Source: the human T2T-CHM13v2.0 reference genome, Homo sapiens | Reading direction: 5' to 3' (one strand) | Assembly: GCF_009914755.1 (NCBI RefSeq) | Contig: NC_060948.1 | DNA: 64,000 nt | In this document: piece after piece, positions 42,430 to 56,000 of the stretch | Layout of the letters: the number at the start of each line of letters is the position of its first letter | Numbering within the stretch: position 1 is the stretch's first letter | Translations under genes and position numbers: made by a program | The notes under the pieces: model-generated | The model's input: only the letters and a program-made list of their open reading frames with translations | Database searches by the model: none | Told to the model about the DNA's origin: nothing

Positions 42430-45400
42430 GGCCTGGAATAAAGTGGAATGCTACGGTCTCGAATGGAATAAAAATGTATGGAATGGAATGCAATGAAACG
42501 GAATCGAATGTCATAGAATGTAATGGAATGCAAAAAACTGGAATCCAAAATCATTGACTGGAAAGGCTGGGTGTCGAAAGGAATTGACTCCAATGGAATG
42601 GAATCGAATGGAATGGAAGTGAATAGAATCGAACTAAATCGAATGGAATGGAATTGATAGGAACGGAATGGAAAGGAATGCAATGATTTGGCACGGAATG
42701 GAATCGAATGGCATCGAACGGAATGGAATGGAATGCAATTGAATGGAACGTATTAGAATGTAATGAACTTTAATGGAATGTACTCCAATGGATTCGACTG
42801 TAATGGAATGTTGTGGAAGTGAATGGACTCCAATGGAATGGATTCAAAAGGAATGGAATCGTACGGAATGGAATCTAATGGAATGGAATTAAATGGAAAT
42901 GAATCAAATTGAATAGCATGGAATTGAATTGAATGGAATCGAATGCAATGGAATCTAATGAAACGGAAAGGAAAGGAATGGAATGGAATGGAATGGGCTG
43001 GAATGGAAAGGAATCGAAACGAATGGAATGGAATCGAACTGAAGAGACTGGAATGGAATGCACTGGAATGGAAGGGAGTGTAATGGAAGGTTCTCGAAAA
43101 AAATGGAATCGAATGGAATGGAATTGAATGGAACGGAATAGAGTCAAATGGAATTGAATGGAATGGAATGGACTAGAGTGAAATGGAATCGAACCACAAG
43201 GAATGGACAGGAATAGAATGGTCTCGAATTGAATGGAATCGTATGGAATGGCATCAAACGGAATGGAATGGACAGCCACGGAATGGAATGCACTCGAATG
43301 CAATGGAGTCGAAACTAATGGACTGGAATAAAATGGATTCGACTGGTACGGACTCCAATGGAATGGAATCGAATGGAAGGGAATCGAACGGAATGGACTC
43401 GAAGGGAAAAGACTGCAATGGAAAGGTCTCGAATGGAATGGAAATTAATGGAATGGAATGGAATCGAATGAAATGGAGTCAAAAGGAATGGAATCGAATG
43501 GCAAGAAATCGAATGTAATGGAATCGCAAGGAATTGATGTGAACGGAACGGAATGGAATGGAATCCAAAGGAATGGAATAGAATGGAATGGAATCGAATG
43601 GAAAGGACTCGAATGGAAATCACTCGAATAGAATGCAATTTAATAAAATAGGATCAAATGTAATGGAATGGAATGGAAAGGAATCGAAACGAAAGGAATG
43701 GAGACAGATGGAATGGAATGGAACAGAGAGCAATGGTATAGAATGGAATGGAATCATCAGGAATGGAATTGAATGGAATGGAATAATATGAAATGGAATG
43801 GAATGGAATGGAATGGAATGCCCTTGAATTAAATGGACTGGAATGGAATGGACTCGAACAGAGTGGAATGGAAAGTGTTGAGATAGAATGGAATGGACTC
43901 GTTTGGAATGGTCTAGTATGCAATGCAATCGACTGGCAGGGAATCAAAAGGAATGTAATGGAATGGATTGGACTGGAATGCAATGGACTCGAATAGATTG
44001 GAAACGGAATGCAAAGGAATGGAATGGAATAGTATGTAATGGAATGGAAAGGAATGGAGTGGAATAGACTAGAGTGGAATGGAATGGACTGGAAAGCAAT
44101 AGACTGGAATGGAACTTTCTTGAATGGACTGGAATCAAACGGAATGGAATGCAATGCAATCAAATGGCATGGAATAAAATAGAATGAAAGAGAATCAAAT
44201 GGAATTGAATCGAATGGAATCGAATGGATTGGAAAGGAATAGAATGGAATGGAATGGAATTGACTCAAATGGAATGGACTAGAATGGAATGGATTCGAAT
44301 GGAAGGCAAAGGAATGGAATCTATTGGAATGGACTGGAATGGAATGGAAGGGATTGGAATGGACTCGAATGGAATGGACTGCAATAGAAAGGATTCGAAT
44401 GGAATGAAAAAGAATTGAATGGAATAGAACAGAATGGAATCAAATCGAATGAAATGGAATGGAATAGAAAGGAATGGAATGAAATGGAATGGAAAGGATT
44501 CGAATGGAATGCAATCGAATGGAATGGAATCGAACGGAATGGAATAAAATGGAAGAAAACTGGCAAGAAATGGAATCGAAATGAATGGAGTGTTATGGAA
44601 CGGACTCAAAAGGAATTGAATGTAATAGAATGGAGTGGAGTGGACTCGAATATAATGGACTGGAATGGAATGAAATCACATGGAATGGGAACGAATGGAA
44701 TGGAATGGAAAGGAATGGAATCGAATGGAAAGGAATCGAATGGAAGGGAATGAAATTGAATCAACAGGAATGGAAGGGAATAGAATAGACGGTAATGGAA
44801 TGGACTCGAATTGAATGGACACGAATGCTCAAATTGAATGGACAAGAATGGAATGGAAACGAAAGGAATGTCATCGAATGGAATTGAATCGATTGGAATG
44901 AAATCGCATAGAATGGAGTGGAATCAAATGGAATTGAATCGAAAGGAAAGGAAGCGAATGGACTGAAATGAAATGGAATGGAATTGAATGGAAAGTAATG
45001 CAATGGAATAGAATGGAACGAAATTTCACGGAATGGAATCAAACTGAATGGAATCAAATCAATGGAATCTAATCAAATGGAATGGAAAGGAATTGAATGG
45101 AGTAGATTGGATTGGATGGGATTGGAATGAAATGTACTGGAAAGGACTCGAATTTCATGAAACGGAATGGAATGAATTGGAACGGAATGGACTCGAATGG
45201 AATGGAATGTCATGGAATGGCATCAAATGGAATGGCATCAAATGGAATGGAATCGAATGCAATGGAATGCTATGGAATGGAATGGAATGCATTGGAATGG
45301 AATGTCCTCTAATGGAATGGATTCGAGTGGAATGGAATCGAATATAATGGAGTCGAATGAAATGGAATTGAAAAGAATGGGATCGAATACAATGGAATAT

Positions 45401-45973
45401 ACTGGAATGTAATGTAATGAACTCGAATGTAATTGACTGGAATGGAATGTACATGAATGGAATGTAATCGAATGGAAAGTAATCCAATGGAATAGAAACT
45501 AATGCAATAAAATCGACTCAAATAGAGTAGAATGTAATGGAATGGAGTGCAGTGCAATGGAATGGAATGGAATGGAATGCAATGGAATGGAATGGAATGG
45601 AATGGAATGGGATGGAATGGTGTGGAATGGATAGTAATGGACTGGTGTGAAATGGACTGGAAAGGAATGGACTCAAATTGAAAGGGCTCGAAAGGAATGG
45701 AGTCAAATGGAATGGTCTGGAATGGAATGAACACGAATGTAATGCAATCCAATAGAATGGAATCGAATGGCATGGAATATAAAGAAATGGAATCGAAGAG
45801 AATGGAAACAAATGGAATGGAATTGAATGGAATGGAATTGAATGGAATGGGAAGGAATGGAGTGAAATTGTATGCAGTAGAAGAGAATAGAATGGAATGC
45901 AAGTGAAAGGAAAGGAATGGATTGGAATGGAATGGAATTCATTGGAATGGAAGGGAATGTAGTGTAATGGACA
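42430..45973. repeat. DYZ1 unit 13 (3544 bp)
   Basis: 3564 - 5 (~44336) - 15 (variable tract). Confidence 0.92.
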
Positions 45974-48900
45974 GGCCTGGAATAAAGTGGAATGCTACGG
46001 TCTCGAATGGAATAAAAATGTATGGAATGGAATGCAATGAAACGGAATCGAATGTCATAGAATGTAATGGAATGCAAAAAAATTGGAATCCAAAATCATT
46101 GACTGGAAAGGCTGGGTGTCGAAAGGAATTGACTCCAATGGAATGGAATCGAATGGAATGGAAATGAATAGAATCGAACTAAATCGAATGGAATGGAATT
46201 GATAGGAACGGAATGGAAAGGAATGCAATGATTTGGCATGGAATGGAATCGAATGGCATCGAATGGAATGGAATGGAATGCAATGGAATGGAATGTATTA
46301 GAATGTAATGAACTTTAATGGAATGTACTCGAATGGATTCGACTGGAATGGAATGTTGTGGAAGTGAATGGACTCCAATGGAATGGATTCAAAAGGAATG
46401 GAATCGTACGGAATGGAATCTAATGGAATGGAATTAAATGGAAATGAATCAAATTGAATAGCACGGAATTGAATTGAATGGAATGGAATGCAATGGAATC
46501 TAATGAAACGGAAAGGAAAGGAATGGAATGGAATGGAATGGGCTGGAATGGAAAGGAATCGAAACGAATGGAATGGAATCGAACTGAAGAGACTGGAATG
46601 GAATGCACTGGAATGGAAGGGAGTGTAATGGAAGGTTCTCGAAAAAAATGGAATCGAATGGAATGGAATTGAATGGAACGGAATAGAGTCGAATGGAATT
46701 GAATGGAATGGAATGGACTAGAGTGAAATGGAATCGAACCACAAGGAATGGACAGGAATAGAATGGTCTCGAATTGAATGGAATCGTATGGAATGGCATC
46801 AAACGGAATGGAATGGACAGCCACGGAATGGAATGCACTCGAATGCAATGGAGTCGAAACTAATGGACTGGAATAGAATGGACTCGACTGGTACGGACTC
46901 CAATGGAATGGAATCGAATGGAAGGGAATCGAACGGAATGGACTCGAAGGGAAAAGACTGCAATGGAAAGGTCTCGAATGGAATGGAAATTAATGGAATG
47001 GAATGGAATCGAATGAAATGGAGTCAAAAGGAATGGAATCGAATGGCAAGAAATCGAATGTAATGGAATCGCAAGGAATTGATGTGAACGGAACGGAATG
47101 GAATGGAATCCAAAGGAATGGAATAGAATGGAATGGAATCGAATGGAAAGGACTCGAATGGAAATCACTCGAATAGAATGCAATTTAATAAAATAGGATC
47201 AAATGTAATGGAATGGAATGGAAAGGAATCGAAACGAAAGGAATGGAGACAGATGGAATGGAATGGAACAGAGAGCAATGGTATAGAATGGAATGGAATC
47301 ATCTGGAATGGAATTGAATGGAATGGAATAATATGAAATGGAATGGAATGGAATGGAATGCCCTTGAATTAAATGGACTGGAATGGAATGGACTCGAACA
47401 GAGTGGAATGGAAAGTGTTGAGATAGAATGGAATGGACTCGTTTGGAATGGTCTAGTAGGCAATGCAATCGACTGGCAGGGAATCAAAAGGAATGTAATG
47501 GAATGGATTGGACTGGAATGCAATGGACTCGAATAGATTGGAAACGGAATGCAAAGGAATGGAATGGAATAGTATGGAATGGAATGGAAAGGAATGCAGT
47601 GGAATAGACTAGAGTGGAATGGAATGGACTGGAAAGCAATGGACTGGAATGGAACTTTATTGAATGGACTGGAATCAAACGGAATGGAATGCAATGCAAT
47701 CAAATGGCATGGAATAAAATAGAATGAAAGAGAATCAAATGGAATTGAATCGAATGGAATCGAATGGATTGGAAAGGAATAGAATGGAATGGAATGGAAT
47801 TGACTCAAATGGAATGGACTAGAATGGAATGGATTCGAATGGAAGGCAAAGGAATGGAATCTATTGGAATGGACTGTAATGGAATGGAATGGAAGGGATT
47901 GGAATGGACTCGAATGGAATGGACTGCAATAGAAAGGATTCGAATGGAATGAAAAAGAATAGAATGGAATAGAACAGAATGGAATCAAATCGAATGAAAT
48001 GGAATGGAATAGAAAAGAATGGAATGAAATGGAATGGAAAGGATTCGAATGGAATGCAATCGAATGGAATGGAATCGAACGGAATGGAATAAAATGGAAG
48101 AAAACTGGCAAGAAATGGAATCGAAATGAATGGAGTGTTATGGAACGGACTCAAAAGGAATTGAATGTAATAGAATGGAGTGGAGTGGACTCGAATATAA
48201 TGGACTGGAATGGAATGAAATCACATGGAATGGGAACGAATGGAATGGAATGGAAAGGAATGGAATCGAATGGAAAGGAATCGAATGGAAGGGAATGAAA
48301 TTGAATCAACAGGAATGGAAGGGAATAGAATAGACGGTAATGGAATGGACTCGAATAGAATGGACACGAATGCTCAAATTGAATGGACTCGAATGGAATG
48401 GAAACGAAAGGAATGTCATCGAATGGAATTGAATCGATTGGAATGAAATCGCATAGAATAGAGTGGAATCAAATGGAATTGAATCGAAAGGAAAGGAAGC
48501 GAATGGACTGAAATGAAATGGAATGGAATTGAATGGAAAGTAATGCAATGGAATAGAATGGAACGAAATTTCACGGAATGGAATCAAACTGAATGGAATC
48601 AAACCAATGGAATCAAATCAAATGGAATGGAAAGGAATTGAATGGAGTAGATTGGATTGGATGGGATTGGAATGAAATGTACTGGAAAGGACTCGAATTT
48701 CATGAAACGGAATGGAATGAATTGGAACGGAACGGACTCGAATGGAATGGAATGTCATGGAATGGCATCAAATGGAATGGCATCAAATGGAATGGAATCG
48801 AATGTAATGGAATGCTATGGAATGGAATGGAATGCATTTTAATGGAATGTCCTCTAATGGAATGGATTCGAGTGGAATGGAATCGAATATAATGGAGTCG

Positions 48901-49523
48901 AATGAAATGGAATTGAAAGGAATGGGATCGAATACAATGGAATATACTGGAATGTAATGTAATGAACTCGAATGTAATTGACTGGAATGGAATGTACATG
49001 AATGGAATGTAATCGAATGGAAAGTAATCCAATGGAATAGAATCTAATGCAATAAAATCGACTCAGATAGAGTAGAATGTAATGGAATGGAGTGCAGTGC
49101 AATGGAATGGAATGGAATGGAATGCAATGGAATGGAATGGAATGGAATGGAATGGAATGGAATGGAATGGTGTGGAATGGATAGTAATGGACTGGAGTGA
49201 AATGGACTGGAAAGGAATGGACTCAAATTGAATGGGCTCGAAAGGAATGGAGTCAAATGGAATGGTCTGGAATGGAATGAACACGAATGTAATGCAATCC
49301 AATAGAATGGAATCGAATGGCATGGAATATAAAGAAATGGAATCGAAGAGAATGGAAACAAATGGAATGGAATTGAGTGGAATGGAATTGAATGGAATGG
49401 GAACGAATGGAGTGAAATTGTATGCAGTAGAAGAGAATAGAATGGAATGCAAGCGAAAGGAAAGGAATGGATTGGAATGGAATGGAATTCATTGGAATGG
49501 AAGGGAATGTAGTGTAATGGACA
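45974..49523. repeat. DYZ1 unit 14 (3550 bp)
   Basis: 3564 + 1 (~46083) - 5 (~47350) - 10 (variable tract). Confidence 0.92.
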
Positions 49524-52500
49524 GGCCTGGAATAAAGTGGAATGCTACGGTCTCGAATGGAATAAAAATGTATGGAATGGAATGCAATGAAACGGAATCG
49601 AATGTCATAGAATGTAATGGAATGCAAAAAAATGGAATCCAAAATCATTGACTGGAAAGGCTGGGTGTCGAAAGGAATTGACTCCAATGGAATGGAATCG
49701 AATGGAATGGAAGTGAATAGAATCGAACTAAATCGAATGGAATGGAATTGATAGGAACGGAATGGAAAGGAATGCAATGATTTGGCATGGAATGGAATCG
49801 AATGGCATCGAATGGAATGGAATGGAATGCAATGAAATGGAATGTATTAGAATGTAATGAACTTTAATGGAATGTACTCGAATGGATTCGACTGGAATGG
49901 AATGTTCTGGAAGTGAATGGACTCCAATGGAATGGATTCAAAAGGAATGGAATCGTACGGAATGGAATCTAATGGAATGGAATTAAATGGAAATGAATCA
50001 AATTGAATAGCACGGAATTGAATTGAATGGAATGGAATGCAATGGAATCTAATGAAACGGAAAGGAAAGGAATGGAATGGAATGGAATGGGCTGGAATGG
50101 AAAGGAATCGAAACGAATGGAATGGAATCGAACTGAAGAGACTGGAATGGAATGCACTGGAATGGAAGGGAGTGTAATGGAAGGTTCTCGAAAAAAATGG
50201 AATGGAATGGAATGGAATTGAATGGAACGGAATAGAGTCGAATGGAATTGAATGGAATGGAATGGACTAGAGTGAAATGGAATCGAACCACAAGGAATGG
50301 ACAGGAATAGAATGGTCTCGAATTGAATGGAATCGTATGGAATGGCATCAAACGGAATGGAATGGACAGCCACGGAATAGAATGCACTCGAATGCAATGG
50401 AGTCGAAACTAATGGACTGGAATAGAATGGACTCGACTGGTACGGACTCCAATGGAATGGAATCGAATGGAAGGGAATCGAACGGAATGGACTCGAAGGG
50501 AAAAGACTGCAATGGAAAGGTCTCGAATGGAATGGAAATTAATGGAATGGAATGGAATCGAATGAAATGGAGTCAAAAGGAATGGAATCGAATGGCAAGA
50601 AATCGAATGTAATGGAATCGCAAGGAATTGATGTGAACGGAACGGAATGGAATGGAATCCAAAGGAATGGAATAGAATGGAATGGAATCGAATGGAAAGG
50701 ACTCGAATGGAAATCACTCGAATAGAATGCAATTTAATAAAATAGGATCAAATGTAATGGAATGGAATGGAAAGGAATCGAAACGAAAGGAATGGAGACA
50801 GATGGAATGGAATGGAACAGAGAGCAATGGTATAGAATGGAATGGAATCATCTGGAATGGAATTGAATGGAATGGAATAATATGAAATGGAATGGAATGG
50901 AATGGAATGGAATGCCCTTGAATTAAATGGACTGGAATGGAATGGACTCGAACAGAGTGGAATGGAAAGTGTTGAGATAGAATGGAATGGACTCCTTTGG
51001 AATGGTGTAGTATGCAATGCAATCGACTGGCAGGGAATCAAAAGGAATGTAATGGAATGGATTGGACTGGAATGCAATGGACTCGAATAGATTGGAAACG
51101 GAATGCAAAGGAATGGAATGGAATAGTATGGAATGGAATGGAAAGGAATGGAGTGGAATAGACTAGAGTGGAATGGAATGGACTGGAAAGCAATGGACTG
51201 GAATGGAACTTTCTTGAATGGACTGGAATCAAACGGAATGGAATGCAATGCAATCAAATGGCATGGAATAAAATAGAATGAAAGAGAATCAAATGGAATT
51301 GAATCGAATGGAATCGAATGGATTGGAAAGGAATAGAATGGAATGGAATGGAATTGACTCAAATGGAATGGACTAGAATGGAATGGATTCGAATGGAAGG
51401 CAAAGGAATGGAATCTATTGGAATGGACTGTAATGGAATGGAATGGAAGGGATTGGAATGGACTCGAATGGAATGGACTGCAATAGAAAGGATTCGAATG
51501 GAATGAAAAAGAATTGAATGGAATAGAACAGAATGGAATCAAATCGAATGAAATGGAATGGAATAGAAAGGAATGGAATGAAATGGAATGGAAAGGATTC
51601 GAATGGAATGCAATCGAATGGAATGGATTCGAACGGAATGGAATAAAATGGAAGAAAACTGGCAAGAAATGGAATCGAAATGAATGGAGTGTTATGGAAC
51701 GGACTCAAAAGGAATTGAATGTAATAGAATGGAGTGGAGTGGACTCGAATATAATGGACTGGAATGGAATGAAATCACATGGAATGGGAACGAATGGAAT
51801 GGAATGGAAAGGAATGGAATCGAATGGAAAGGAATCGAATGGAAGGGAATGAAATTGAATCAACAGGAATGGAAGGGAATAGAATAGACGGTAATGGAAT
51901 GGACTCGAATAGAATGGACACGAATGCTCAAATTGAATGGACTCGAATGGAATGGAAACGAAAGGAATGTCATCGAATGGAATTGAATCGATTGGAATGA
52001 AATCGCATAGAATGGAGTGGAATCAAATGGAATTGAATCGAAAGGAAAGGAAGCGAATGGACTGAAATGAAATGGAATGGAATTGAATGGAAAGTAATGC
52101 AATGGAATAGAATGGAACGAAATTTCACGGAATGGAATCAAACTGAATGGAATCAAATCAATGGAATCCAATCAAATGGAATGGAGTAGATTGGATTGGA
52201 TGGGATTGGAATGAAATGTACTGGAAAGGACTCGAATTTCATGAAACGGAATGGAATGAATTGGAACGGAATGGACTCGAATGGAATGGAATGTCATGGA
52301 ATGGCATCAAATGGAATGGCATCAAATGGAATGGAATCGAATGCAATGGAATGGTATGGAATGGAATGGAATGCATTGGAATGGAATGTCCTCTAATGGA
52401 ATGGATTCGAGTGGAATGGAATCGAATATAATGGAGTCGAATGAAATGGAATTGAAAGGAATGGGATCGAATACAATGGAATATACTGGAATGTAATGTA

Positions 52501-53077
52501 ATGAACTCGAATATAATTGACTGGAATGGAATGTACATGAATGGAATGTAATCGAATGGAAAGTAATCCAATGGAATAGAATCTAATGCAATAAAATCGA
52601 CTCAGATAGAGTAGAATGTAATGGAATGGAGTGCAGTGCAATGGAATGGAATGGAATGGAATGCAATGGAATGGAATGGAATGGAATGGAATGGAATGGA
52701 ATGGGATGGAATGGGATGGAATGGTATGGAATGGATGGTAATGGACTGGAGTGAAATGGACTGGAAAGGAATGGACTCAAATTGAAAGGGCTGGAAAGGA
52801 ATGGAGTCAAATGGAATGGTCTGGAATGGAATGAACACGAAAGTAATGCAATCCAATAGAATGGAATCGAATGGCATGGAATATAATGAAAAGGAATCGA
52901 AGAGAATGGAAACAAATGGAATGGAATTGAATGGAATGGAATTGAATGGAATGGGAACGAATGGAGTGAAATTGTATGCAGTAGAAGGGAATAGAATGGA
53001 ATGCAAGCGAAAGGAAAGGAATGGATTGGAATGGAATGGAATTCATTGGAATGGAAGGGAATGTAGTGTAATGGACA
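49524..53077. repeat. DYZ1 unit 15 (3554 bp)
   Basis: 3564 - 15 (~52180) + 5 (variable tract). Confidence 0.92.
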
Positions 53078-56000
53078 GGCCTGGAATAAAGTGGAATGCT
53101 ACGGTCTCGAATGGAATAAAAATGTATGGAATGGAATGCAATGAAACGGAATCGAATGTCATAGAATGTAATGGAATGCAAAAAAATGGAATCCAAAATC
53201 ATTGACTGGAAAGGCTGGGTGTCGAAAGGAATTGACTCCAATGGAATGGAATCGAATGGAATGGAAGTGAATAGAATCGAACTAAATCGAATGGAATGGA
53301 ATTGATAGGAACGGAATGGAAAGGAATGCAATGATTTGGCACGGAATGGAATCGAATGGCATCGAACGGAATGGAATGGAATGCAATTGAATGGAACGTA
53401 TTAGAATGTAATGAACTTTAATGGAATGTACTCGAATGGATTCGACTGGAATGGAATGTTCTGGAAGTGAATGGACTCCAATGGAATGGATTCAAAAGGA
53501 ATGGAATCGTACGGAATGGAATCTAATGGAATGGAATTAAATGGAAATGAATCAAATTGAATAGCATGGAATTGAATTGAATGGAATCGAATGCAATGGA
53601 ATCTAATGAAACAGAAAGGAAAGGAATGGAATGGAATGGAATGGGCTGGAATGGAAAGGAATCGAAACGAATGGAATGGAATCGAACTGACGAGACTGGA
53701 ATGGAATGCACTGGAATGGAAGGGAGTGTAATGGAAGGTTCTCGAAAAAAATGGAATGGAATGGAATGGAATTGAATGGAACGGAATAGAGTCGAATGGA
53801 ATTGAATGGAATGGAATGGACTAGAGTGAAATGGAATCGAACCACAAGGAATGGAGAGGAATAGAATGGTCTCGAATTGAATGGAATCGTATGGAATGGC
53901 ATCAAACGGAATGGAATGGACAGCCACGGAATGGAATGCACTCGAATGCAATGGAGTCGAAACTAATGGACTGGAATAGAATGGATTCGACTGGTACAGA
54001 CTCCAATGGAATGGAATCGAATGGAAGGGAATCGAACGGAATGGACCCGAAGGGAAAAGACTGCAATGGAAAGGTCTCGAATGGAATGGAAATTAATGGA
54101 ATGGAATGGAATCGAATGAAATGGAGTCAAAAGGAATGGAATCGAATGGCAAGAAATCGAATGTAATGGAATCGCAAGGAATTGATGTGAACGGAACGGA
54201 ATGGAATGGAATCCAAAGGAATGGAATAGAATGGAATGGAATCGAATGGAAAGGACTCGAGTGGAAATCACTCGAATAGAATGCAATTTAATAAAATAGG
54301 ATCAAATGTATTGGAATGGAATGGAAAGGAATCGAAACGAAAGGAATGGAGACAGATGGAATGGAATGGAACAGAGAGCAATGGTATAGAATGGAATGGA
54401 ATCATCTGGAATGGAATTGAATGGAATGGAATAATATGAAATGGAATGGAATGGAATGGAATGGAATGCAATGGAATTAAATGGACTGGAATGGAATGGA
54501 CTCGAACAGAGTGGAATGGAAAGTGTTGAGATAGAATGGAATAGACTCGTTTGGAATGGTCTAGTATGCAATGCAATCGACTGGCAGGGAATCAAAAGGA
54601 ATGTAATGGAATGGATTGGACTGGAATGCAATGGACTCGAATAGATTGGAAACGGAATGCAAAGGAATGGAATGGAATAGTATGGAATGGAATGGAAAGG
54701 AATGGAGTGGAATAGACTAGAGTGGAATGGAATGGACTTGAAAGCAATAGACTGGAATGGAACTTTCTTGAATGGACTGGAATCAAACGGAATGGAATGC
54801 AATGCAATCAAATGGCATGGAATAAAATAGAATGAAAGAGAATCAAATGGAATTGAATCGAATGGAATCGAATGGATTGGAAAGGAATAGAATGGAATGG
54901 AATGGAATTGACTCAAATGGAATGGACTAGAATGGAATGGATTCGAATGGAAGGCAAAGGAATGGAATCTATTGGAATGGACTGTAATGGAATGGAATGG
55001 AAGGGATTGGAATGGACTCGAATGGAATGGACTGCAATAGAAAGGATTCGAATGGAATGAAAAAGAATTGAATGGAATAGAACAGAATGGAATCAAATCG
55101 AATGAAATGGAATGGAATAGAAAGGAATGGAATGAAATGGAATGGAAAGGATTCGAATGGAATGCAATCGAATGGAATGGAATCGAACGGAATGGAATAA
55201 AATGGAAGAAAACTGGCAAGAAATGGAATCGAAATGAATGGAGTGTTATGGAACGGACTCAAAAGGAATTGAATGTAATAGAATGGAGTGGAGTGGACTC
55301 GAATATAATGGACTGGAATGGAATGAAATCACATGGAATGGGAACGAATGGAATGGAATGGAAAGGAATGGAATCGAATGGAAAGGAATCGAATGGAAGG
55401 GAATGAAATTGAATCAACAGGAATGGAAGGGAATAGAATAGACGGTAATGGAATGGACTCGAATAGAATGGACACGAATGCTCAAATTGAATGGACTCGA
55501 ATGGAATGGAAACGAAAGGAATGTCATCGAATGGAATTGAATCGATTGGAATGAAATCGCATAGAATGGAGTGGAATCAAATGGAATTGAATCGAAAGGA
55601 AATGAAGCGAATGGACTGAAATGAAATGGACTGGAATTGAATGGAAAGTTATGTAATAGAATAGAATGGAACGAAATTTCACGGAATGGAATCAAACTGA
55701 ATGGAATCAAATCAATGGAATCAAATCAAATGGAATGGAAAGGAATTGAATGGAGTAGATTGGATTGGATGGGATTGGAATGAAATGTAGTGGAAAGGAC
55801 TCGAATTTCATGAAACGGAATGCAATGAATTGGAACGGAAAGGACTCGATTGGAATGGAATGTCATGGAATGGCATCAAATGGAATGGCATCAAATGGAA
55901 TGGAATCGAATGCAATGGAATGCTATGGAATGGAATGGAATGCATTGGAATGGAATGTCCTCTAATGGAATGGATTCGAGTGGAATGGAATCGAATATAA

